Source of the DNA: a virus
Taxonomy: Duplodnaviria > Caudoviricetes
Virus record (IMG/VR): IMGVR_UViG_3300050343_000116
Span: 1 to 53,651 of that record
Direction: 5' to 3' (one strand)
Length of the DNA: 53,651 nt
A model generated the notes under the pieces. That model saw only the letters and a list, made by a program, of their open reading frames with translations, was not told the origin of the DNA and did no database searches. Position 1 is the first letter of the stretch; the number at the start of each line of letters is the position of its first letter. The translations under genes and the position numbers were made by a program. Shown piece by piece: positions 10,187 through 21,227 of the stretch.

Positions 10187-11572
10187 ATGGCGATCCATGC
10201 CGAGGTTAGATTCCGAAGGCTGGTCGCGAGTGCTACAAGTCGAAAGATATACGTTCAAGCGTCTAAACGTACCTTTGCGGCAGTTGTCTCAGAGCGAAAT
10301 CTATACTTAGATACCAGCTATCGAGCATTAGCCCCCGAAATCAGCTATAGAAGACTACATGCGGCGCCAAACTGGCGCAGCCTTTTCTTGCACGACGTTC
10401 ACGTCAATCCAGAAAGAACTATCTACTTTTTTGCTGACCAGTTTTCTTTTGCAGATACACCGTTACTGTCTATAGAGCCCTCTTACACTGACTCTTTCGT
10501 GTTTTCTGACGATACATTCTTTGATATCGGCCGCTCTTTAAATGACCTAGAAGTATTGACGGATGCCGTTGTAAAGGCGATAGATAAAAACCCTACAGAT
10601 GCATCTACCCTGACAGATGTTTTGTCGCATGTCATGGACTTCAGTCGACTCCATAGTGACGACGTCAGTGTTTTAGACAGTCAGGTTTTTGATGTCTCAA
10701 GCTTTGCAACTGATACATACACCACTATAGATGCCGCTGAATTTAGTATTGGCAGCTCTTTAATTGATAGTACGTCTCTATCTGAGACCTCCTTAATCAG
10801 CACGTCTAAAGTTTCTGAAGATACAGTCAGTGTTACTGAAAGTATCCAAACCAGTCCAAGCCTTAACAGACTTAACACTATAAGTGTTACCGAAGTACTC
10901 ACAGCAACTAGAGATCCTTTTTCATTCGAGTTTACATTCGGCGATGGGTTCACCAACGTCTCTGGGTCTCCAGATGATCAGGTATCTTTTTCAGAAACGC
11001 AGTCATTTGACGTTGGGTTTGGTCTTCAAGACTTCTTTACCCTTGATGATTTCAACCAGATAGACAAAGAGGCAGGTGCCAACAAATCCAATGTTTACTC
11101 ATTGCAAGACGAGCAAGCTCTGGCATTTGGAAAGCTTTCTGATGATTCCTTTGTTTTATCTGATTCGCCGGTCGCCTCAGTAAGCTCAGAAAAATCTGAT
11201 ACCTTTGCCATTGCTGAAGATGCGGACATTAGCGTTTCTAAAAGCAACACCGACTCCTATTCTTTGTCAGAATTCAGCCTAAGATCAGTTGGAAAGCTGT
11301 TACAAGACTCAACTAACCCCTTGACAGATAACGCGATTTTTGCATTTACCAAGAGCGCTTCTGAGAATATAATTGTAAATGAAGTGCAAGCTTTTTCTGT
11401 GTCCAAGCTTGCGCTAGATGGTTTAAACATATCGGACACACCCGTGCTGTCTCCACGGAAAGGTACTTCGGACAGTGTAACTATGGGTGACGTATTAGTT
11501 GCCCAAAGATTGGTAGCCAGCTCAGTCCTCAATAAAGGGGATTTGGGTTTCGTGCTACTAAACGCTGACTAA
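10187..11572 (+). CDS. Ser/Asp-rich repetitive virion protein
   Basis: 461-aa ORF with quasi-periodic SD/TD motifs. Confidence 0.65.
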   Translation: MAIHAEVRFRRLVASATSRKIYVQASKRTFAAVVSERNLYLDTSYRALAPEISYRRLHAAPNWRSLFLHDVHVNPERTIYFFADQFSFADTPLLSIEPSYTDSFVFSDDTFFDIGRSLNDLEVLTDAVVKAIDKNPTDASTLTDVLSHVMDFSRLHSDDVSVLDSQVFDVSSFATDTYTTIDAAEFSIGSSLIDSTSLSETSLISTSKVSEDTVSVTESIQTSPSLNRLNTISVTEVLTATRDPFSFEFTFGDGFTNVSGSPDDQVSFSETQSFDVGFGLQDFFTLDDFNQIDKEAGANKSNVYSLQDEQALAFGKLSDDSFVLSDSPVASVSSEKSDTFAIAEDADISVSKSNTDSYSLSEFSLRSVGKLLQDSTNPLTDNAIFAFTKSASENIIVNEVQAFSVSKLALDGLNISDTPVLSPRKGTSDSVTMGDVLVAQRLVASSVLNKGDLGFVLLNAD

Positions 11573-11586
11573 AGTGGAGACTCACA

Positions 11587-12033
11587 ATGATCCAAGACGA
11601 TCTTAAACTAAAGGGGCGGCTGGATATTGTCGTCACCTCTCAGGATGGTGTAATAAAGCAAAAAGAATCTGTTGAAAACTTAGTTGTTACAGCAGGTAAA
11701 AGCTTTGTCGCATCAAGAATGGCCGGAAGCTCTGCCAGTGTAATGAGCCACATGGCAATTGGAACCGACAATACAGCTGCCTCTGCAAGCGACACGGCCC
11801 TTGGGTCCGAATCCGCACGCTCCGCGCTAACCAGCACTACCGTAAATAATAACGACGTAGTCTACGTTGCCAGCTTTGCAGCTGGAGTTCCGTCGACCTC
11901 CGCAGTTATTACCGAGGCCGGAATATTTAACGCGAGCAGTAGCGGTACCATGCTTTGCCATACTGTATTTGGATCAATTTCAAAAGGTACTAGCGACAGT
12001 TTGACTATCACTTGGACGGTATCTGCCTCCTAA
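11587..12033 (+). CDS. Tail-associated structural protein
   Basis: NLVVTAG...HMAIGT...ITEAGIFNASSSGTML motif common in phage tail regions. Confidence 0.65.
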   Translation: MIQDDLKLKGRLDIVVTSQDGVIKQKESVENLVVTAGKSFVASRMAGSSASVMSHMAIGTDNTAASASDTALGSESARSALTSTTVNNNDVVYVASFAAGVPSTSAVITEAGIFNASSSGTMLCHTVFGSISKGTSDSLTITWTVSAS

Positions 12034-12058
12034 GTCATTGATCTAAAGAGGTTTATAT

Positions 12059-15000
12059 ATGGCTGTCAAGTTTGCCAACCTCGCCAGCACCACGCTCGCG
12101 AGTGCTACTACAAATTCTGCTACTTCAATAACGGTATCGGATGCTTCGTCGTTCCCCTCTCTTGGGGGGAGCGATTATTTCTACGCCTCTATTGGCGAAG
12201 GAGCTGCTTCGGAGATCGTTAAGGTAACAGGCGTTTCGTCTAATACACTTACTGCAACTAGGGGCCAAGATGGCACCACTGCGGTGGCGCATTCTTCCGG
12301 AACTGTAATAGCACTTCGTGTAGTCGCTGCGGCACTTGATGACATAGCCTCGCAAGCCCAAACAGCCGCCGACACCGAATCGGTCTCCATCGCTGGGGAT
12401 ACGATGACGGGTGGTCTGACTCTGGAGAGCACCTTGCTTTCCAAGGGACACAGTTCAGGCGACAACTGGATGCCGTACATAGACGGCAACTTCTACATCA
12501 GAGCGCCACTAACGACTTTTGACAATAACGTACGTTTTTCCGATGGGAGCGGGGTCTTAGAGGTTTCTGGTGATAACAGCGGCAATCATTATTTAGAGGC
12601 TGGCAGCGGGCAGATCCGCATTCGCCCAAATGGCACCACCACCAATAAGATTGTTCTAGATTCTGCGTACATTAACGCCCCCGCGTATCAGGTGGCTGGC
12701 ACAACCGTCATCGACTCTGATCGCGAAGGCTCTTTTGCAACGCGCGCTTCATTCGGAGGTATTGACTCCGATGGCAACAATGCTGCCTCAGCCAACGAGC
12801 TGGTAGCTAGCGGTTATGGGTTGATGGGTAACCGTGCCACTCTGTATATAACCAACGCCAACGCTGAAGGCGTCATAAAATTTGGTATTGGTGGCGTTCA
12901 CAACGCGACCGGTACTGTCGCATTAACAATCACAGACACTCAAATAGATGCAGGGTCAAGCACAATCAGTAGCGGACCCATAAACAGCGGCACAATCTCT
13001 AGTGGGGCTATTACAAGCACCGGTGCTATTACCGTTAATCAAAACGGGGACGCGCTAAATCTCAGATCAACGACTAACGCCCAGCCTGTACGAATCACAT
13101 TTAGCTCAGACGTTCCAGCGGCTCAAATTGGCTACGTTGAATACGTCCACTCCGATGCTGATTCTTATGGGTCAGGCGAAGCATTAATTATAGGCGGCAA
13201 CCAATCCAGCACAAGCATTCTTGCTGACGGCAAGCTGATGTTCCGAGATGGAATCTACAGCAAGCCAGCTTCGGGAACTGGCGCGGGAACATTGCTTATT
13301 AGCTCATCAGGCAATTTGACCAACATCGGCACAATCTCTAGCGGTTCCATTACTACCAGTGGCCTTTTAAATTTCACGGCGAACCCCGCCTACATTCGCA
13401 ATGACCAAGACAACGCCGCTCAAATTATTATTAGCGTCAAAAACTCATCTGGCGTAGCTCAACAGGTTAGATGGGATGCGGCCAATAATACTGATGGAGC
13501 ATTCCGTCCAGACGTTACTGATGCAAGCAACTTAGGTCTGACCAACCGTGTTTGGAAAACCCTGTACGTCAACAATATCCGCGTGGGTGCTGGCAATACT
13601 TTGTTTGCAGATGCGAGCCGCAATATTACAGCAGGCACTATCTCTAGTGGGGCTATCACTAGCACAGGCACCTCGACGTTTGGTGGGGTTCAAATTGGCG
13701 GCACTACTGTCATTAGCTCTAGCCGCAACCTAACCAACATCGGCACGATCACGTCATCTAGCGCAACTTTGGGCTCGGTAGCGGCAAGTGCAAACGTTGC
13801 ATTACAAGTAAGTCCTGCAACTGGAAGTAATCAAAGCGGACTAAAAGTAACCAACACTGATGGCGGTGCGCATACTTGGCTTGGCTATTATGATGGAAAC
13901 AACTACCTCACCGGAGATGCGGACGTATCTAATGGCGGTATAACTTATATTCGCTCTGAATCTGGAGGAGCGTACTCAAGTATTGCAAGCTTCTCTCCTA
14001 CTAGCATAGTTTTCAATAAATCCATTACGAGTGGGGCTATCACTAGCACAGGCACAGGTACTTTCGACGAACTAACGTTAACAGGCGGGTACCGACAATC
14101 TCACGTTTACTGAGGCGAGCGGAGACTGGTCAATAACCAATGCACAACAAGGCAATGGTTTAAAAATTTATGACGGTGCAAGTGGCGTTGAAATTAATTA
14201 TAACAACGCGCGGCTTGCTAGTTTTAGCGATACTGGTGTTCACATAGGCGACGCTGTGGCGGTAAATAGCTATGGCGAGCTTCAATTAAATCAAACTGCA
14301 AACAACGATGAGTCTGGAATAGCCGTTCTTGATTCAACGAACGCTCGGTCTATGCGGTTGTGGTGTGACACGACCACGGCCTATATCAATAGCGGTAACG
14401 GTGGCTCTGGCGACTTAAAATTTAATCAGGCGCTAACCGTTTCGGCTGCTGGTAATTTGTCAGGCGTGGGCACTGTTACCTCAAGCCACGCTCAAAACGA
14501 TGGCTTTAAAATAACAGCTACAGATAGCACTGCTAACGCCGCTTTCAGCGCAATGAAGCTTGATTACAATTTATCAGGGACTGATGCGTGTACTACAGAT
14601 AGAAATCATATTGGAATTCATCTAGACATTGACTCATCTGCAAGTGGCGGTCTGACAAATCACGAGCATAGAATTTATGGAATATTTGGCGATGTAAGGG
14701 CTAGCGGCGACTCTGATCTCGTTTGGGGGGCTCAATTTAATGCGCGCGTAGATGATTTTGGAGCTGGTAACCAAATTACCCAGATGGGAGGTGTATACGG
14801 GCAAAGTAACGCACACAATGCGGATGGCATAGTCGCCACGAACTATGGCTCGTATGGCTATGGTTTAAATAACAGCAGTGGCACAGGGCAAGTAAGTAAT
14901 ACTCGAGGCGCTACCAATCTTGCCTATGCTGCAAGCACCTCTACTTATAACGGCGCGACATATATTGGCAGCCATAATATGGCTCAAGTTAGCGCTGCTC

Positions 15001-17297
15001 AAACAGCTAATATAAGTCAAGTTGTCGGAGTTTGGGGTGAAGTACAGTTCGATAACGACGCAGCCGCAGACCACGACGTAACAGTCCTCAATGCGTTTGT
15101 TTTTCGTGCTGAGTACGATGAAAATGACAGTGACGATTCGTACACCGTAAACACTGGGTATTTGTACTACGGAAACTACGCAGGCACGCAACCCACTACC
15201 GCCTATGGCGTGTACATTGCTGACGGCGTTCGTAACTACTTTGGAGGCTCTTTGACCGCCGGTCTGGGGTCAACAACCACAGCGTCGTATGGTTTTAATG
15301 GCGACATCAATACAGGGATGTACGCGCCAGCAAACCACGAAGTAGCATTTCTGTCTAATGGGCAGCAGAAGCTAAGAGTTTCAGGATCAGGCGTTGACGT
15401 AACTGGCGCTATTACTACCAGTGGGCGAATAGACATAGTCACAAACGGAACTGTGAGCGAACCTTACGCAGCATTTGGAGTCACCCAAACCTCATCGACT
15501 AGTTCCGCAGGACTTTTTCTTGACGCCGCTGGTGGCAGAAAGTATGAAATACAGTCAAACGCTGGGAATGAATTAATTTTTTACGACAGAGACAGCTCTG
15601 CTTACCGCTTACGGATAATGGCGAACGGTAATTTGAAGATTGAAAGCGGTAATCTTCAGATGTCAGGAACTACCGTTATCGATTCTAGCCGCAACCTAAC
15701 GAACATTGGAACCATCTCTAGTGGTGCTATTACAGCAAGAGCCAATGGAGGAGCTTTAAAAGTATACTCCGCTACTACACAAGCAGGAGCAAGAGTTGAG
15801 TTTAGCGATTTATTGCCAAATGAAACTCAAAAAGGTTATCTAACTTATTACCATGCAGATTCCGCATCTTATGGAGCAGGGAATTCGTTTGTTTTTAGTG
15901 GCACAGAAAGCAGTTTAAGTGTATTTGTTGACGGGCAGGTGTTATCTAAAAATGGTTTTTATATAGGACCAGCAAGCGGCACCGGCGCAGGAACGCAGGT
16001 TATTGATAGCAGTCGCAACCTAACCAATATTGGCACAATCTCCTCCGGCGGTATTACAACTATCGGTGCAAGTGTATTCAACGGCACCAGCGCAACTGAC
16101 CCTGATGCAACTTCAAGAACGCGCTATCCTGCGGCAAATATGTTTACACATACAAGTCAAGCCAATGGCGTTTCTATTATTGGCGGTCAAGGTAGTTATA
16201 CAGGGTGTAGCTTAACCATAGGTGAAGAGACGGGTCGTTCAGCCAATTTTAAGTTTATCAAAGGAATATCTGATACCAATGGGGCGCAGGGTGAAGAGTT
16301 CTCTATAGATGGCTTAGGTAACGCAACCTTCGCAGGAACCATCTCTAGTGGGGCTATTACAAGCAGTGCTAAATCAACCTTTTCAGGTGGTCTTGATACA
16401 AACAACAGCCAATATCGCGTCAAAATCAGCCCGTGGACAGGAACGACTTACGGCTATGGCATGAAAAGCGGCATGACGTTTGGAGGTCTGGCGAACAACT
16501 ATGCACTGACGTTCCAAATGAACTCTTCTACAGGTCGCGGGTTCTGGTGGGGGCAGGATGCCCATAGCGATGCTCAAGGTGCTATGGCTCTTACCAATGA
16601 CGGCAAGCTAACAGTAAGTCACTCTTTGCGTCTTGGACATGGAGTCAGTGACACCACAACCCCCGGAGCGACTCATGCTTTAGATGTGAGCGGGTCTATT
16701 GCTAGCACTGGCGCTGTTCAAGGCAGTAGATTTGCCGATGCTTCAAACCCCACCAATTACTTTGTTCATCCAGCCTCGGTCAGTTATGTCCATGAAATAC
16801 GTGTGGATGACTATATTCGCCACAATGGCGACACGAACACACATATGTTGTTCACTGCCGATAGAATTAAGCTCACCGCTGGAAACATTCTCATGCTCGA
16901 CTGCGTTGAGGGTGGAACAGACTACATTGACATTATTAATCGGGTTCGTGTTACGGCTGGTGGTGATTTGGAGTGCGAAGGAAATATAACGGCCTACACA
17001 ACAACCAGTATTTCGGACATCAACCAAAAAGAAAATATCCAGCAAATTAGCGACCCCATTGAAAAGGTTAAGCAAATCTCTGGCTATACATTCGACTGGA
17101 AGAACTCAGGCGAGCATTCAGGCGGCGTAATAGCTCAAGAGGTCGAGCAAATCATGCCAGACGTGGTCAAAGAGGTAAGTATCCGCGACGGCGATGAAAT
17201 GAAGGCAGTGGATTACCAAGCCATAATCGGGCTATTGGTTGAGACTGTTAAAGACTTAAACAAACGGATAGAGGATTTAGAAAATGGCAATAACTAA
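12059..17297 (+). CDS. Long tail fibre with C-terminal peptidase S74 chaperone (one apparent indel near 14088)
   Basis: Frame continues without a stop from ~14090 into the 14256 ORF; C-terminal SDINQKENI...GYTFDWK...GVIAQEVE...coiled coil. Confidence 0.85.
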
Positions 17298-17553
17298 CAC
17301 ACGTACAGTCCAACGTTGCGAAGTGTACCCAGCAATGAGTGCCGACGATCATGCAACTATGATGGTGGTATACACGCATACCTTTGACGACACAGATGAC
17401 GCAGAGCTTCCAGTCACCACAGATAAGATTGCCAACTTGACGCGCTACGTTGTGACTATGGCTGACGATGGTACAGAAACTTCTACGGCTACAGACATGA
17501 CCAGTCACGACCAGATGGTTCAAGACATTGCGGCGGCTGTTTGGACTGACTAA
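17284..17553 (+). CDS. Small tail-fibre-associated protein
   Basis: 89-aa acidic ORF coupled to fibre gene. Confidence 0.6.
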   Translation: MAITNTRTVQRCEVYPAMSADDHATMMVVYTHTFDDTDDAELPVTTDKIANLTRYVVTMADDGTETSTATDMTSHDQMVQDIAAAVWTD

Positions 17554-18365
17554 TGGCTCTTCAAACCTCGGGTGCTATTAGTCTCAACCAGATTCACATC
17601 GAAGCCGGTGGGACTAGTGGCACCACAGTTTCTTTGAATGATGCTGACATCAGAGGTTTGACCCCCGCTAGCGGAAAAACGATTAGCACTGTGTCGGGTT
17701 CGGCGATTGACTTTGCTGACTTTTATGGCGCGTCAGATGTTCTTAATCTGTTTAACTCCTTCAGCTATGCTGCGGAACGAGCGGATCAAACAGACAGGTC
17801 ACTTACTCAAGTTTCGGCTGCCTCTAGTAGCTATTTCGCAAGCGTCATCGGCACACTAGGTTTTAGACTCAGGTTAGACAGTAATGTTTTACATTTTGAG
17901 GTCAAGAGAATAGCTGGCTCAAGTGCCGTTCGATATGACGGGAATACATCTGGAGTGCAAGACGGGACGACTACATTAGTCAGCACCTCTTATGTGTCCC
18001 TCGGCACCCTTTCGGTTCCTTCTCCTGTAGATGTAAAGGTTGATTGGGCTTACTTTATATCAGGGACAGGGGGTACAGGGTCTATCAATGGCAACACCGC
18101 TGGTACGGGCGCAACATATTCGCTGTCAGATAACACTTTTCAAACCTTAACGAACGGTCAATCTGCTGGATTTATGACAACCGCCAGTAACTCACGTGGT
18201 TATTCTGGAAGCCAGTCAAGATATTTAACGATCACTCAGATGAAACTGTCGCTACAAAAAACAGGGTACACAACAGCCGAGGTCGCAGATTTTGACGCCT
18301 TCATCACAGCTATTGCTCAAGTTACTAGCGGCGGCGGCGGTGGCGGTGGCGGGTTTGAACCATGA
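17553..18365 (+). CDS. Tail fibre tip/adhesin-like protein
   Basis: MALQTSGAISL...DFYG N-terminal attachment motif, variable body, Gly-rich end. Confidence 0.6.
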   Translation: MALQTSGAISLNQIHIEAGGTSGTTVSLNDADIRGLTPASGKTISTVSGSAIDFADFYGASDVLNLFNSFSYAAERADQTDRSLTQVSAASSSYFASVIGTLGFRLRLDSNVLHFEVKRIAGSSAVRYDGNTSGVQDGTTTLVSTSYVSLGTLSVPSPVDVKVDWAYFISGTGGTGSINGNTAGTGATYSLSDNTFQTLTNGQSAGFMTTASNSRGYSGSQSRYLTITQMKLSLQKTGYTTAEVADFDAFITAIAQVTSGGGGGGGGFEP

Positions 18366-18676
18366 TCATCAATATTTTTAATACGGAACTAACAGCCGTT
18401 CGTGACGACAGCGGTATTACGGTAGCGGTTGAGGTAGTCACTAGCCGCTATTCTCAAGAACCGACACCAGCTGGTGATCCCGTTGAGACTACTGATGAGC
18501 ATGGAATTACAAGTCTAGTTCAGCCTGTTGAATACCTTGATGAACACATAATTGAGTCTGATGCGTTTACATATAGCGTGCCGTCAGAAGATCAAGCGGA
18601 GGGGAAGATAGCCAGTGATTACTGGGCTGATATAGAGAGCCAAAGCTCGTACACAAGATTTATCGGAAATGATTGA
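18362..18676 (+). CDS. Hypothetical protein
   Basis: ATGA-coupled 104-aa ORF. Confidence 0.55.
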   Translation: MIINIFNTELTAVRDDSGITVAVEVVTSRYSQEPTPAGDPVETTDEHGITSLVQPVEYLDEHIIESDAFTYSVPSEDQAEGKIASDYWADIESQSSYTRFIGND

Positions 18677-19124
18677 CCCTATCACCGCCATCGCTGGAGC
18701 CACCAAGGCTTTCACGCTCGTAAAAGCTATGGTGGAAGTGGGGAAGTCTGCTGAAGATACTATGATGCAGATCGGAGTATGGTACGGGCACGCCTCAGAT
18801 GTGCTTTATGCTGACAAAAAAGCTAAGAACATCAGCCCGTTCAGGCGAGTGGTGTTTAGAAGAAGCGCGCAGCAAGAGGCTATTCAAGCTTTTGCAGCTA
18901 AGAAAAAACTGGAGAGTCAGCAGCGTGAGCTGATATCTATGATTAATCTTGTTTACGGAGCACAAGGGTTACAGGAGTTCCGTGAGATACGAAAGCAAAT
19001 AATTCAAGAGCGGGAAGATACGGTGTATCGGCAGCAAGAAATGAAGGAGGCTATGGTTAACAGCTTTTCAATAATGGTTCTTGTCGCCGTTCTATCTGGT
19101 CTGCTGATGTTTATGTTCTCATAA
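18669..19124 (+). CDS. Coiled-coil protein with C-terminal membrane anchor
   Basis: MIDPITAIA start, hydrophobic C-terminus. Confidence 0.65.
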   Translation: MIDPITAIAGATKAFTLVKAMVEVGKSAEDTMMQIGVWYGHASDVLYADKKAKNISPFRRVVFRRSAQQEAIQAFAAKKKLESQQRELISMINLVYGAQGLQEFREIRKQIIQEREDTVYRQQEMKEAMVNSFSIMVLVAVLSGLLMFMFS

Positions 19125-19200
19125 TTAGTGAACAAACCTTGCCAGTGATATATTGGCACTACAAATCAACTGCACGGACAGCATAACTACGGAGAGGATC

Positions 19201-19584
19201 ATGAGTATTCTCGGTTCTGTGCTGGGCAGTCTGGGCGGAAAAGTTGTTGAGGCAATTGATAGCCGCGGCCAACGAAAGCACGAGCAATCAGTTCAAAAGA
19301 TTGAGCTAGAAAAGCTACGACACACAAAGCAAATCGAAATGATCCAGCAGGGTCAGCAGATGGACAATGCGTGGGAGCTTCAGCAAATCAAAAACTCAGG
19401 ATGGAAGGACGAATTTGTTCTTCTACTTCTCAGCATACCTCTCGTTATGTCTTTCATTCCCCAGATGCAGCCTTATGTTGTCGATGGCTTTGTGGCCCTA
19501 TCAACAACGCCCGATTGGTATCAGTGGCTGATTTTATCTGTATTTGCTGCGATCTATGGAATCCGTATCTGGAGGCGCAAATGA
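19201..19584 (+). CDS. Putative holin (3TM/GTA-holin-like)
   Basis: NSGWKDEF followed by two TM segments, TPDWYQW, basic C-terminus; GGAGAGG RBS. Confidence 0.65.
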   Translation: MSILGSVLGSLGGKVVEAIDSRGQRKHEQSVQKIELEKLRHTKQIEMIQQGQQMDNAWELQQIKNSGWKDEFVLLLLSIPLVMSFIPQMQPYVVDGFVALSTTPDWYQWLILSVFAAIYGIRIWRRK

Positions 19585-21227
19585 CAGGTTTTAGACTCAG
19601 GACGTTTGGCGGTAAAGCACCAAAGGTTTTTGCTAGATTGCTACCGGAGGACATGGCGCAAACAGCAACTAATGTACGTTTAGACTCTGGCCGATTAGAG
19701 CCTTGGAAAGGTAATGCGTCTGCGACAATCACCCCTGTTGGTTCTTATGGTATTACTGGTTCAACTAAGACGCTATTTAAATTCAACTCTTCCATATGGA
19801 TTGGCAGCCATTCTGTCTTGGACATTGTCCGCTCTCCTCTGGCTGAAGATTCTCATGAGCGCATTTATATTTCTGGTATAGGTGGGAGTACTGGCTATCC
19901 AAGGATGACAACCAGCGCAATTATTGGGAACAACACTTACTATCGCTTAGGTATACCAAAACCAAATAACATAACCACTGTTGCAACTGATGTTGCGACC
20001 GCGAAAACAGACGAAGAAATACCTCAGTCTAGAGCATACGTTTTCACGTACGTTTCTGCGTACGGAGAAGAAGGTCAGCCTTGCGATGCTTTAGCGAGTC
20101 AAGTAATCGCCGTTTACAGTGACCAGAATGTGGTTGTAACTTTCCCTACAAACATCACCGGTAATCACAATCTAACAAAGAAGCGCCTTTACCGCACCGA
20201 CGCCAGCGGCACGCTTCGATTTGTTGCTGACGTCACACTAGCGACAGCTTCTTACACCGATTCAAAAACAGACTCGCAACTAGGCGAGGCAATCACCTCT
20301 TCAAACTTTGATCCTCCGCCAGATGATATTTCAGCGGACCATCCTGACGGCCCTCTTCTCGGTCTCACTGCTATGCCTAATGGCGTTTTTGCAGGATTCT
20401 CTGGACGAACAGTCTGCTTTAGTGAAGCTTACTTGCCTCATGCTTTCCCAGATGAGTATAAGCTGGGTGTGAAGTCTGACATCGTGGCGCTTGCTCCTAT
20501 GCAGACAGGCTTGTTGATCTTAACAGCAGAAAAGCCTTACATGGCCTCAGGCTTAGACCCTGCATCTGTTGCTCTTACGGAAATAGACTCGACGCTATCA
20601 TGCGTTGCAGGCCGCTCAGTTGTAGACATGGGGTCGTCTATTATGTATGCCAGTCCTGACGGATTAGTGATGGCTACAGACAACGGGTTACGACTAGTCA
20701 CTGAGGATCTGCTTACTAGGGATCAGTGGCAGGCACTTGTCCCCTCTTCTATTGTGGGGTTTATGTGGGAAGGCCATTACATTGGGTTCTACAACACCGG
20801 CTCTGATCAGAAAGGATTTATTTTTGATCCGCGGGGAGAAAAAAATTCCCTCACCGACCTAGACTTTTATGCTACCGCAGGCTTCAACGACCTAGAAGAA
20901 GATGAGTTATACCTAGTAGTAGGTGGAGCGGTTAAGAAGTTTGCGGCTGGAAGTGCTCTTGCCTATACGTGGAAGTCCAAAAAGTTTTATAACAGCAGGC
21001 CCATAAACCCCGGCGTCGCTAAGGTACAGGCAGACAGCTATGGGTCTGGCATTACCTTTAAGCTCTATGCGGATGGGACATTGCAGCACACTCAAGTGGT
21101 GACCAGCGACGAACTGTTCCGACTTCCTTCAGGATACAAAGCAAAAGAGTTTGAGGTAGAGCTGACTGGATCTGATGCCATCAACGAGGTTTGTGTGTAC
21201 GAATCGGCTGGAGAAATAAATGGCTAA
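19581..21227 (+). CDS. Tail nozzle/stabilisation protein
   Basis: FGGKAPK..RLLP..AQTATN, RAYVFTYVSAYGEEG, CFSEAYLPHAFP, YASPDGLV, YTWKSKKF. Confidence 0.75.
   Translation: MTGFRLRTFGGKAPKVFARLLPEDMAQTATNVRLDSGRLEPWKGNASATITPVGSYGITGSTKTLFKFNSSIWIGSHSVLDIVRSPLAEDSHERIYISGIGGSTGYPRMTTSAIIGNNTYYRLGIPKPNNITTVATDVATAKTDEEIPQSRAYVFTYVSAYGEEGQPCDALASQVIAVYSDQNVVVTFPTNITGNHNLTKKRLYRTDASGTLRFVADVTLATASYTDSKTDSQLGEAITSSNFDPPPDDISADHPDGPLLGLTAMPNGVFAGFSGRTVCFSEAYLPHAFPDEYKLGVKSDIVALAPMQTGLLILTAEKPYMASGLDPASVALTEIDSTLSCVAGRSVVDMGSSIMYASPDGLVMATDNGLRLVTEDLLTRDQWQALVPSSIVGFMWEGHYIGFYNTGSDQKGFIFDPRGEKNSLTDLDFYATAGFNDLEEDELYLVVGGAVKKFAAGSALAYTWKSKKFYNSRPINPGVAKVQADSYGSGITFKLYADGTLQHTQVVTSDELFRLPSGYKAKEFEVELTGSDAINEVCVYESAGEING

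Noticed and set aside
14080-14256. Possible programmed frameshift in the tail fibre
   Set aside because: No slippery heptamer; removing one G in GGCGGGT restores a continuous frame
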